24,000 nucleotides of DNA from Streptomyces sp. CB01881 (GTDB lineage Bacteria; Actinomycetota; Actinomycetes; Streptomycetales; Streptomycetaceae), in NCBI RefSeq assembly GCF_002953255.1, contig NZ_CP026498.1:647130-671129 (forward strand). The letters are read 5' to 3'. Below, in pieces: positions 5,546-13,586 of this stretch. Below the pieces are notes generated by a model. That model was not told the origin of the DNA, ran no database searches, and worked only from the letters and a program-made list of their open reading frames with translations. Numbering within the stretch: position 1 is the stretch's first letter; each line of letters starts with the position of its first letter. A program made the position numbers and the translations under genes.

Positions 5546-6981
5546 AGGGCGGGACACCGCAGGTGCTGCGCTGGCTGGCCAACCGCACCGGGGCCGACGT
5601 CTTCCTGATGAACCCTTCGGGCACCGGGGCCAGGGCCGGAACGTTCCCGTCGGACGACACCGCGCGGGCCGCGTGCCTGCGCGGAGCCGGAGACATGGCC
5701 GAGCGAGGGCTGCAGTCGGCGGTCATCGACCAGGGCGAACTCACGTGCTTCATCCTCGTCCTCGACAACGACCGGACTCTCCGCGCGCCCCTCCTCACGG
5801 CGGTGGCGCGCCGGCCCGCGGCTCCCGACCTTCCGGTCCTGCTCGCGGATGCCGTCTCCATCCTCGGCCTCACCTGGCACGCCGAGGACGCACGGCGGAG
5901 CCGGCAACGGCTCCGCACCGCGGACACCAGGACGAGGGAAGCCGTCCTGCGCCTCCTGATGGACGGTCAGACGGCGATCGCCCAGGACGTCGCGGGAGCA
6001 CTCCGGCCCACCCTGCCCGAGGTCATGCAGATGTACGTCGTCGAAGGGCCGCACGAGGCGCGCAGCGAACTCGCGCTCCGGATAGCCGAGACGAACAAGG
6101 ACGCATGGGTCGTGCCGTGCCCCGTCTACAACGACCACATGCTCGTCCTCGCACCCCCGCCCCCCTGCCCGACCGCCGCCCTCCCGGTCTGGGCGACCCA
6201 CGGTTCGACAGCCGAGCGCCTCCGGCTCGGGGTGAGCAATCCCCTGCACCTGCGGGAGACCGCCACCGGCTACGCCCAGGCGTTCCACGCCCTGGCCGCC
6301 GCACGCCACCGCACCAGCCGGCTGTCCACCTTCGCGGGGGAACCGGACCTCGCACTCACCATCGGGCCCGCCGTGGCGGCCTGGTCCGACTCCTTCCTCT
6401 CGCCGGTGCGATCTCACCTCCCCCGGCGCACGCAGGATCCGGACGGCCCACAGCTCCTGGCCACCGCCGGCGCGTGGCTCCGGTTCTCCTCCGGAGCCGC
6501 CACCGCTCTGAACATCCACCGCAACACTCTGGCCGCGCGCCTGGCCCACGTTCAGGAGCTGCTCCGCCTGGACCTGACCCGGCTCGCCGACCAGTCCGCC
6601 CTGGCCCTCGCCCTCCACGCGGCCGCCGGCCGCACCGCGTCCCACAGGAGTGACGGCGGCACGGGGGAAGGCCGACCGACACCGCCCCCGTCCCTGGACG
6701 AGCTCCTCGTTCTGCCGCGCGTCGCGTCATGGGCGCACCGGCAGTTCCGCCCCCTTCAGGACACCGGCACCCCGACCCCCGTCGCGGAGACGATCGGCAC
6801 CTGGCTGCACCTGGACGCACACATCGGCCACACTGCCGGGGCGCTGTCCCTCTCGGAGTCCGCCGTCCGCAAGCGGCTGGCACGGGCGGAAGTGCTACTG
6901 CAACGCTCGCTGACACGCCCCCCGACCGTCGTCCACGACCTGTGGCTCGCTCAACGGGCCCTCGAACTGACCGGACGGTGA
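5455..6981 (+). CDS. PucR-family transcriptional regulator with two C-terminal HTH modules
   Basis: The canonical PucR C-terminal HTH is ATALNIHRNTLAARLAHVQELLRLDLTRLADQSALALAL. A second similar module is TAGALSLSESAVRKRLARAEVLLQRSL...LWLAQRAL. GTG 5455 is preceded by GGGGGGAA, and the start aligns with ATG 317 of the remnant copy. Confidence 0.85.
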   Translation: MQSDLMPDMSSPVGRSGRAADILAMHHAGRKGGTPQVLRWLANRTGADVFLMNPSGTGARAGTFPSDDTARAACLRGAGDMAERGLQSAVIDQGELTCFILVLDNDRTLRAPLLTAVARRPAAPDLPVLLADAVSILGLTWHAEDARRSRQRLRTADTRTREAVLRLLMDGQTAIAQDVAGALRPTLPEVMQMYVVEGPHEARSELALRIAETNKDAWVVPCPVYNDHMLVLAPPPPCPTAALPVWATHGSTAERLRLGVSNPLHLRETATGYAQAFHALAAARHRTSRLSTFAGEPDLALTIGPAVAAWSDSFLSPVRSHLPRRTQDPDGPQLLATAGAWLRFSSGAATALNIHRNTLAARLAHVQELLRLDLTRLADQSALALALHAAAGRTASHRSDGGTGEGRPTPPPSLDELLVLPRVASWAHRQFRPLQDTGTPTPVAETIGTWLHLDAHIGHTAGALSLSESAVRKRLARAEVLLQRSLTRPPTVVHDLWLAQRALELTGR

Positions 6982-7056
6982 TCAGGACCCCGAGGAGCCC
7001 AACTGCCCTGGAGGGTCGGTAGAGTGACCGCTCGCCGACCGGGGAGAGGGGTGCGC

Positions 7057-7875
7057 GTGACCGCGGGGGAACAGGTCGACCGGGCACGCGCCCAGCTGTT
7101 CGGCGAGGTGGCCGAGCTCTACGACACGGCCCGGCCGGGGTACTCGGACGCGCTGGTCACGGAGGTGCTGGCATACGCGGCCCTGGGTGACCGTACGGCG
7201 GTGGAGGTCGGCGCGGGTACCGGCAAGGCCACCGTGCCGTTCGCCGAACCGGGCACTCCGCTCGTGTGCATCGAGCCCGACCCGCGCATGGCCGAGGTCC
7301 TGCGCCGGAACACCGCGCGGTTTCCCGCCGTCCGGGTCCGGTCCGGCCGCTTCGAGGACTGGCAGCCGGGCGGGCGGCGCTTCGGCCTGCTCCTCGCCGC
7401 CTCGTCCTGGCACTGGCTGGACCCGCAGCGGCGCTGGGACCTCGCCCACGGCGCCCTCGCACCCGGTGGCGCGCTTGCGCTGTTCTGGAACCCGCACCGG
7501 GTCCGCGATGCGCGGTTGCAGGCCGCACTCGCCGAGGTCGACCGCCGGCACGGGATGGCCAACACGCCGCACGGCGAGCCGGCGTCCTCCTTCGGCGAGG
7601 TGCCCGGTGGCTCGCTCGGGCCGGACGGCTGGCCGGAGGCGGAGTGCCGCCGGGACGGCCGGTTCACCGACCTGCGTGCCGTCCGGTACCGGCAGGACCG
7701 GTCCTACGACACCGACGGCTACCTGGGCCTGCTGGCCTCGCTCTCGGCCTACCGCGCCCTGCCCTCCGGCCGGCGCGAGCAGGTCCTCGCGGAGACGGCC
7801 CGCGTCCTGGACGCACACGGCGGCCGGATCGACATGGACCACCTCAGCGACCTCTTCCTCGCCCGGGCGCGGTGA
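7057..7875 (+). CDS. Class I SAM-dependent methyltransferase
   Basis: Motif I is VEVGAGTGKAT, followed by acidic post-I (CIEPD) and LLLAASSWHW. I prefer GTG 7057 because GGGGAGAGGGG lies ~6 nt upstream. The track ORF starts at GTG 7024. Confidence 0.85.
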   Translation: MTAGEQVDRARAQLFGEVAELYDTARPGYSDALVTEVLAYAALGDRTAVEVGAGTGKATVPFAEPGTPLVCIEPDPRMAEVLRRNTARFPAVRVRSGRFEDWQPGGRRFGLLLAASSWHWLDPQRRWDLAHGALAPGGALALFWNPHRVRDARLQAALAEVDRRHGMANTPHGEPASSFGEVPGGSLGPDGWPEAECRRDGRFTDLRAVRYRQDRSYDTDGYLGLLASLSAYRALPSGRREQVLAETARVLDAHGGRIDMDHLSDLFLARAR

Positions 7876-8040
7876 GCCGGCCGCCCTTGGACGCGGTGGC
7901 TCCCCTGGGCCGACGGCGCGGGCGGCCACGGTGTGGGCCGCAGACCGGCCGGGCCGGGCCGGGCCGGCAAGCGACCGCCGGCCCTCGACTCCGGACCTCG
8001 GACCCCCGACCCCCCGACAGGACGTCAGGACGGTCGCGCG

Positions 8041-8613
8041 TCAGGCTTCAGGCCTGCTGTGGCCGGGCGCGAACATCAGGTCGGTGGCGCGGGCGAGGAC
8101 CTCGGCGCGGGTACGGCCCTCGTGGTCGGCGACGACGTTGTGGTGCGCGATCGCCACGCAGAAGGCGATCAGGCTGCGGGCCTCGACCTCGTCGGGGTCG
8201 GGGCAGAGGGTGCCGATCATCTCGCGCAGCAGGGCCATCCGCCGGTTGTCCACCCGCCGCAGGCGCTCGGCGACGGCCGCGTCGCGCCGGGCCCAGTCGC
8301 GGACCGCCAGGTCGATCGGGCGCAGGCGGTCGTCGGAGAAGGTGAGTATGCCCGCGCGCCGGGCCTTGGTCCTCGCGTCGCCCCCCTCGCGTTCGACCCG
8401 GTCGATCACCTCGTCGGTGCTCTCCCGTTCCCAGGTGTCCAGCATCGTCTCCAACAGCGTGTCACGGTCGGCGAAGTACCCGTAGAACCCGCCCTTGGTG
8501 ACGCCGAGCCGCTTCGCCAGCACCTCGATCCGGACGGCGTCCGGGCCGCCCTCGGCCAGGGCGGCCAGGCCTTCCTCCACCCATCGGTCGCGCGGTGTGC
8601 GAGCAGCGCCCAC
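8041..8613 (-). CDS. TetR/AcrR family transcriptional regulator
   Basis: N-terminal HTH: VRIEVLAKRLGVTKGGFYGYFADRDTLL. I prefer GTG 8613 because SD GAGGTG lies 9 nt upstream. The track start is GTG 8625. Confidence 0.9.
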   Translation of the reverse strand: MGAARTPRDRWVEEGLAALAEGGPDAVRIEVLAKRLGVTKGGFYGYFADRDTLLETMLDTWERESTDEVIDRVEREGGDARTKARRAGILTFSDDRLRPIDLAVRDWARRDAAVAERLRRVDNRRMALLREMIGTLCPDPDEVEARSLIAFCVAIAHHNVVADHEGRTRAEVLARATDLMFAPGHSRPEA

Positions 8614-8636
8614 GGTGTGTCCCACCTCACTCGTCG

Positions 8637-8662
8637 CCGGATATACGCAACCGTATATCCGG
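8637..8662. promoter_or_regulatory. Perfect 11-4-11 palindrome, candidate TetR operator
   Basis: CCGGATATACG-CAAC-CGTATATCCGG in the AT-rich divergent intergenic region between the TetR and DUF2867-like genes. Confidence 0.6.
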
Positions 8663-8676
8663 GTCTAGCCTCGTCT

Positions 8677-8692
8677 TGTACGCAAGCGTATA
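8677..8692. promoter_or_regulatory. Second, imperfect copy of the operator half-sites, overlapping a TATAAA -10-like hexamer
   Basis: TGTACGC-AA-GCGTATA shares the TATACGC half-site with the first palindrome. TATAAA is at 8689-8694, about 45 nt upstream of ATG 8740. Confidence 0.45.
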
Positions 8693-8739
8693 AAACGGGG
8701 GCGGCAGACGGCGCCCCGAGCGGGAAAGGCGCACCGGCC

Positions 8740-9354
8740 ATGAAACTTCCTGTCGAAGCCCACACCGATCGGTCCTGGCGGATCCACGAGTTCGCCCGGG
8801 ACTTCCGGATCGAGGACGTGTGGTCGTACCGCACCCCCGGGGCCGGGCCGGACGACTTCCCCGTGATGCTCGCCGCGATGCGGGCGGGCGGCGGGTTCGA
8901 CCGGCAGAGCCCTCCGGCCCGGTTCCTCTTCGCCGTGCGCTGGAAGCTCGGCGCCCTGCTCGGGTGGGACAGGCCCGACACGGGTCTCGGAACGCGGGTC
9001 CCGTCGCTCTGCGACCGCCTGCCGCAGGACCTCCGCGAGACCGTGGACGGCTCCGACTCCGGCGGCATGCCGCTCACCCCCGTCTACCAGCTCCCCGACG
9101 AAGCCGTCCGCGAACTGGCGAACAAGACCGTCCACACGCTGATGCACCTGGGGTGGGTACCGACCGGCGACGGCGGCCACGAACTGCGGATGGCGGTCCT
9201 GGTCAAGCCGAACGGCCGGTTCGGGCGGCTGTACATGGCGCTCATCGCGCCGTTCCGTTACCTGATCGTCTACCCGGCGCTCACCCGCCAGTGGGAGCGC
9301 GCCTGGCAGGACCGGGCGCTCCTCCTCCCCGGGAGCGCCGACCCCCGCCCGTGA
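8740..9354 (+). CDS. DUF2867-like hypothetical protein (family assignment from memory; the CDS itself is solid)
   Basis: ATG 8740 has GGGAAAGG ~10 nt upstream. It is divergent from the TetR gene. The upstream part of track ORF 7933-9354 is antisense to the TetR gene. Confidence 0.75.
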   Translation: MKLPVEAHTDRSWRIHEFARDFRIEDVWSYRTPGAGPDDFPVMLAAMRAGGGFDRQSPPARFLFAVRWKLGALLGWDRPDTGLGTRVPSLCDRLPQDLRETVDGSDSGGMPLTPVYQLPDEAVRELANKTVHTLMHLGWVPTGDGGHELRMAVLVKPNGRFGRLYMALIAPFRYLIVYPALTRQWERAWQDRALLLPGSADPRP

Positions 9355-9408
9355 GCGCCGCGGCCGGACGGGCACCGCTCCCGGCGCCCTCGGCAGGGGC
9401 GCGCCCCG

Positions 9409-10591
9409 TCACCGCCCTCCGGCCGTCTCCTCGACCACCACACCCCCCGGGGAGTGGGGCTCCAGGTCGCGGAAGAACCGGGCCGCGTCGATGACGGCCT
9501 CCGGCGGGTGGACGCCCGGGTGGCGGGCCGTCCCGTCCAGCAGCTGCGCGAGGCCGAGGGCGAGCGGGACGCCCGTGGCCAGGGCCATGTCGGCGAGCAG
9601 GCGCGGCGGGTCCTCGGCGGGGCGGGCGAGGACGCCGAGCGGCCGGCCGTGTCGCGCAGGCCGGTGGCGGCGGCGAAGAACGGCGGCAGGCCGCCCGGGC
9701 CGCGGAGCCCGGCGGCCCGGACGCCCGCGGTCAGGGCGCGCCCGAGCGGGGGGTCGGCCAGCAGGGTCGCCGCGGACTCGTTGTCCAGCCGCCCCCGGTC
9801 GAGGTCGCGCCGCAGCCCGTCCAGGAAGGCGACGGTACCCCGGGTGACCACCATCAGGCAGGCCGCGCTCCCGGTGGGCGCGAGGCTGCGGTGCAGCGTC
9901 ACCGGTTCGGGGTGGCCGACGGTGTAGGCCGTCCCGGCCCGGCCGCCCGGCAGCGCGAGCGTGACCGGCCGCAGCGGGGGCCGCTGCACCAGCCGCCCCC
10001 GCTCGACCACGGCGACGGTGCCGCTGATCTGCTCCATCCAGTGGACGGCGGCGGCGCCCGCCCTCCCGTCCGGCCCGGTCAGCTCCTCGCCGGTGTCGGG
10101 GACGTCCACCGGCCAGGCCGTGTACAGGTCGTGGACGGTGTCGAGCCGCTCCGCCGCCAGCGCGGCGAGCAGGTTGGAGGCGCCGGGGCTGGCGCCCATG
10201 CCGAGCACGGCCGTGACACCCGACCTCCGGGCCTCGCCGTCCAGTTCGAGCATCCGGACGGTCGGCTCCCAGTCGTCGCAGAGGTCCCGGTAGTGGGTGC
10301 GGGCGCGGATCGCCGCGGCGAGCACGGCCGGGCCGAACCGGTAGTAGGGCCCACCGTGTTGAGCACGACGTCGGCGGCGGCGAGAGCCCGGTCGAGCTGC
10401 CCGGCGTCCGTGACGTCGACCTGCTGCGCCGACAACGCCGTTCCACTGAAGCGGAGTTCGCCGGCGAGCCGGCCGGCCGCCGGCAGGTCACGGTCGGCCA
10501 CGACGACTTCGCGGACGCCGGGCAGCTCGACGGCCGCGCGGACGGCGGCCACGCCCATGGCGCCGGCGCCGCCGAGGGCGAGGATCCTCAT
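9409..10591 (-). pseudogene. Saccharopine dehydrogenase-like NAD(P)-binding protein, interrupted by two single-base deletions
   Basis: The N-terminus MRILALGGAGAMG...VLNTVGP lies in the frame of ORF 10079-11344. The middle, YYRFGPAVLAAAIRARTHYRDLCDDWEP...GMGASPGASN, lies in ORF 9270-10325. The C-terminus, PLGVLARPAEDPPRLLADMALATGVPLALGLAQLL, lies in ORF 9409-10491. The breaks are at ~10347-10352 (GGGCCC run) and ~9630-9660 (GGCCGGCC). Adding 2 nt restores 395 codons. Confidence 0.8.
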
Positions 10592-10722
10592 CGGTGCGCT
10601 CCCATCGGTGCGGTGGACTCCAGGTAGCGGCGCAGGTCGTCCAGGTAGCCGTCGACGTAGACCGACCGCGGCGCGGCCACTGCGGTGAGCAGACCGCGGA
10701 CCGAGCCGTCCTCGGCGGTCAC
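10588..10722 (-). CDS. Candidate 44-aa ORF translationally coupled on both sides (GTGA with the lipoprotein stop, ATGA with the dehydrogenase start)
   Basis: It is below the track's length cutoff. The frame has high GC3 by hand count. Sequence: (M)TAEDGSVRGLLTAVAAPRSVYVDGYLDDLRRYLESTAPMGAHR. An alternative in-frame GTG is at 10746. There is no obvious SD. Confidence 0.3.
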   Translation of the reverse strand: MTAEDGSVRGLLTAVAAPRSVYVDGYLDDLRRYLESTAPMGAHR

Positions 10723-12539
10723 CGGGTCGGCGATGCGGCCGGGCACGCGAAGTCGATGTTGTCAGCCCAGTAACCGTCCCCGAAGATGTCCACCTTGGTG
10801 CCCGCACCGCCCGGCCCGGTGTGCGGGTTGGCGGCGTTCGCGCAGTACGCGGCCTGGGCGTCCTGGAGCGTCGGGAACGGGCCCAGCTGCGGCGTGTACT
10901 GGACCGGGACGTCCTGGCCGCCCGCGTCGGCGCAGAGCCCGCCGTCGGTGAAGTCGCAGGTCCGCTTGCCGACGACGTCCTGGAGGGTACCGACGAGGAT
11001 GTTCCCGGGCGTGGCGACGTTGGTGAGGACGAAGACGTAGTAGGCCGCGACGGCGGTCGCGGACTCGGTCGGGGACTCCGTGGGCGTCGCGGTGGGGCTC
11101 TCGGCGGTCGGACTCTCCGCGGTCGGGCTCTCGGTGGCCGGGCTCTCGGTGGCCGGGGTGGACGGGGACTCGGTGGGCGTGGGGGTCTCGCTCCCCGCCG
11201 GGGGCGCCGGGCACGTCGGCGCCTGCGCCGGCAGGCCGTCGCCGCGCGGCGACGCCCAGGGGGAGGCCGGCAGTTCGGGGCGCGCCCCGCCCCGGGACGC
11301 CGGGACGGAGTTGACCCAGGCGACCACCTCGCGCGCGCGGTCACCGATCTGCTTCTCCGAGGCCGAGCCGCAGTACAGGTAGTTGTTCAGGTAGTGGATG
11401 GTGAAGGTCGAGTACGTGGAGCCGTCGTAGACCGTCTGCGGCTCCGCCGCCACGACCGTGGGGTCCACGTGCGAGACGCCCTCCTCCAGGAGCCAGTCGT
11501 GCTCGAACATGACGTAGCGCGTCGGGTCCGCCGCCAGCTCCTGCCCCGTCCCGTACGGCGGGGCGATGAGCAGCGCACCGACCGGTTGCCCGGCCCCGAT
11601 CCTGGGCAGCACGTTGCGCAGGAAGAGCCCGCCCTGGCTGTGCGAGATGAGCACGACGCGCTTGCCCTGCTGGAGATCGTTCTGCACGTCGCCCAGGAGT
11701 TTGACGTTGACCGGGTCGGAGGCGAAGTTCGGGTCGGCCACCTTCTGCGTGATGCTCTGGATGAAGTCCGTCGTCACCGCCACCGGCAGCACCCCCGCAC
11801 CGAACCCCGTCAGCACGCAGACGCTCTGCACCAGGCCCTCGGCCTCCTTGATCGGGTGGTCCTTGGTGACCCTCGTCGCCTCCCTGCAGGTACTGGCGAC
11901 GTAGTCCGCGATCTTCAGGCTGGAGGGGTTGAATGCGAGGTTGATGTGGACGGGAAAGCCGAGACTCCGGGTCAGCGACTCCTCCAGGAGCTGCTTCAGC
12001 CGGGTCGACGAGTCGAAGTTGTTGAGGACGCCGTTGACGAAGTAGAAGGACAGTCCGGCACCGCCGTTGGGCGTGTCCCGGTACGCCGCCGCCCCCGCGC
12101 CCAGGGTCGGCGCGGCGGACGGCGAGGGCTCGGCGGCGCGCAGGACGTGGCCGGCCAGGGCGGCCCCGTTGGCCAGGTAGGTCTGCCCGCCCTCGGGGGT
12201 GCTCAGCTGGCGCAGCTCCCAGATGACCAGCTCGGCGTCGATGGTGCCCTGGTCGACCCCCTGGGCGACCGCGCCGTCCAGGGCCGCGGAGAGGCCTTCG
12301 AGAGCACGCTGGGCGTCGTCGCCGCTCAGCGGCCTCTCGAAGGCGGCGAGGCTCTGCCGGAGCGTCGCCACGGCGGCGGACGACGGCCCGCCGCTGCCGC
12401 CGGCCGACGGGGCGCCGCTCGGTGAGGCACCCCCGCTCGGCAAGCTGCCGCCGGGCGAGGAGGAGCAACCCGCGACCAGGGTCAGCGCCGCGGCGAGCAC
12501 CACGCCGGCGCGGACGCGGACTCTTCTGCTGGACGTCAT
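10719..12539 (-). CDS. Large secreted lipoprotein: helical N-domain, alpha/beta-hydrolase-like serine hydrolase core, Pro/Thr/Glu/Ser linker, 4-Cys C-terminal domain
   Basis: MTSSRRVRVRAGVVLAAALTLVAGC is a lipobox signal, with ATG 12539 preceded by GAGGGG. FYFVNGVLNN plus the nucleophile-elbow-like VVLISHSQGG suggest a serine hydrolase. The linker is TESPSTPATESPATESPTAESPTAESPTATPTESPTES. The C-terminal ~105 aa carry 4 Cys. Confidence 0.85.
   Translation of the reverse strand: MTSSRRVRVRAGVVLAAALTLVAGCSSSPGGSLPSGGASPSGAPSAGGSGGPSSAAVATLRQSLAAFERPLSGDDAQRALEGLSAALDGAVAQGVDQGTIDAELVIWELRQLSTPEGGQTYLANGAALAGHVLRAAEPSPSAAPTLGAGAAAYRDTPNGGAGLSFYFVNGVLNNFDSSTRLKQLLEESLTRSLGFPVHINLAFNPSSLKIADYVASTCREATRVTKDHPIKEAEGLVQSVCVLTGFGAGVLPVAVTTDFIQSITQKVADPNFASDPVNVKLLGDVQNDLQQGKRVVLISHSQGGLFLRNVLPRIGAGQPVGALLIAPPYGTGQELAADPTRYVMFEHDWLLEEGVSHVDPTVVAAEPQTVYDGSTYSTFTIHYLNNYLYCGSASEKQIGDRAREVVAWVNSVPASRGGARPELPASPWASPRGDGLPAQAPTCPAPPAGSETPTPTESPSTPATESPATESPTAESPTAESPTATPTESPTESATAVAAYYVFVLTNVATPGNILVGTLQDVVGKRTCDFTDGGLCADAGGQDVPVQYTPQLGPFPTLQDAQAAYCANAANPHTGPGGAGTKVDIFGDGYWADNIDFACPAASPTR
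11095..11154 (-). repeat. 4 x 15-bp in-frame tandem repeat encoding the (A/T)(T/A)ESP linker
   Basis: GGGCTCTCGGCGGTC / GGACTCTCCGCGGTC / GGGCTCTCGGTGGCC x2, read directly. Confidence 0.85.
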
Positions 12540-12683
12540 GGCTGCCCCTCGGGTGAGCCCTCCTGCTGAGCGCCGTGCAGCGGGACGAAGGTCGGGCACG
12601 ACGATCGTGGAGCGCGGCGGACCGGAACGCTCTCACCGTCCGTCCCCTCGCCGGGAACCTCAACCGGGGTGCGCCGCCCAGGT

Positions 12684-12739
12684 GAGCAGGCCCCGGCGAG
12701 CAGGCCCCGGCGAGCAGGCCCCGGCGAGCAGGCCCTGGT
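12684..12739. repeat. Intergenic 14-bp tandem repeat, 3 exact copies plus 1 degenerate copy (GAGCAGGCCCCGGC)
   Basis: 12684-12697, 12698-12711 and 12712-12725 are identical. 12726-12739 has 2 mismatches. The array lies between the cupin stop (12766) and the lipoprotein start (12539). Confidence 0.9.
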
Positions 12740-12765
12740 GGCCGAGGCCGCCGAAGGCCGGTCGA

Positions 12766-13215
12766 TCAGCCGCGGGCGGCCTCCCGCAGGGAGCCGATCC
12801 GGTCCATCAGCCACTGCGGCGGATCGATCAGCCGGACGCCCTCCTGCTCGTCCGGGTCGGTCCGGGCGACCACGGCGACCATGTCCACCGCGCCGGTGTT
12901 GACCGGGACGTGCGGGGTGTCGGGCGGAATGTAGAGGTAGTCGCCGGACTTCAGGACGGTGTGCTCGTCGAGCTTCTCGCCGTGCCACACCTCGACGGAA
13001 CCCCGGACGACGAGGATCGCCGACTCGTGGCCGGCGTGGAGGTGCGGGCGGCCACGACTGCCCGGGGGCAGGGTGACCTGGTGGAGGCAGAGGCTCCGGG
13101 CCCCCGCCGACTGTGCCGAGACGCCCGCCGCGAAGCTCCCGCCCTGCTTGCCGTCGTACTGGCCGCCTCGCACCACCACGCAGCCGACCACCTCGGTGTC
13201 CGCACCGGGTGCCAT
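12766..13215 (-). CDS. Cupin domain-containing protein (149 aa monocupin)
   Basis: Cupin metal motifs are GRPHLHAGHESAILVVRG and GDYLYIPPDTPHVPVN. ATG 13215 is preceded by GGAGGGAG. Confidence 0.85.
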   Translation of the reverse strand: MAPGADTEVVGCVVVRGGQYDGKQGGSFAAGVSAQSAGARSLCLHQVTLPPGSRGRPHLHAGHESAILVVRGSVEVWHGEKLDEHTVLKSGDYLYIPPDTPHVPVNTGAVDMVAVVARTDPDEQEGVRLIDPPQWLMDRIGSLREAARG

Positions 13216-13586
13216 GTGAAACTCCCTCCCCTTCCGCCGGCGCCGCTGGCCGCCGCGAACTCGCGGCCGGAGCTGAGCGCCTGGCGGTGATTCCGAGTGT
13301 TGCCGGATGTTCGGGATCCGAGGGCTCCGGCGCCCGGCCCCTCGGGCGGCGCCAGGGGCCCCTGCCCTCGGTTCGTCGAACGGCCGCGCACCTCCCGCGC
13401 GCGGCCGGACCCACCCTCGGTGATCACGGGAAGCCGGGCGGGGCCAACGATCGATCTTCACTCGAAAGGGTGAAACCGGCCGCCTCGACGCCGATCCGCG
13501 GGGAGGAGGGTGGCGGGGAGGCAGCAAGGTCCGCAGGCGGGGAGCGCCGCGGCGGCCGGTGGAACCGTCCGTCCGGTGCGAACCGG

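Noticed and set aside
7947-7966. (GGCCG)4 pentanucleotide run in the convergent methyltransferase/TetR spacer.
   Set aside because: It is short GC-rich low-complexity DNA that is common in such genomes, and its position relative to promoters or starts suggests no function.
7187-8485. 432-aa and 359-aa plus-strand ORFs (7187-8485, 7266-8345) and 6982-7929 (-).
   Set aside because: They are out of frame with or antisense to the methyltransferase and TetR genes, and give Arg/Pro/Gly-rich translations.
10821-12663. ORFs 10821-12425 (+), 11341-12663 (-), 10079-11344 (-) upstream of 10591, and 12199-13290 (+).
   Set aside because: They overlap the lipoprotein-hydrolase gene out of frame and are low-complexity. 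Only the last 84 codons of 10079-11344 (MRILALGG...) are real, as the N-terminus of the dehydrogenase.
13381-13407. Hairpin CGGCCGCGC-N9-GCGCGGCCG between uricase and cupin, considered as a terminator or attenuator.
   Set aside because: It is real as an inverted repeat. However, it lies 180 nt from the uricase stop, has no U-tract and shows no other supporting signal, so it is too weak to call as a feature.
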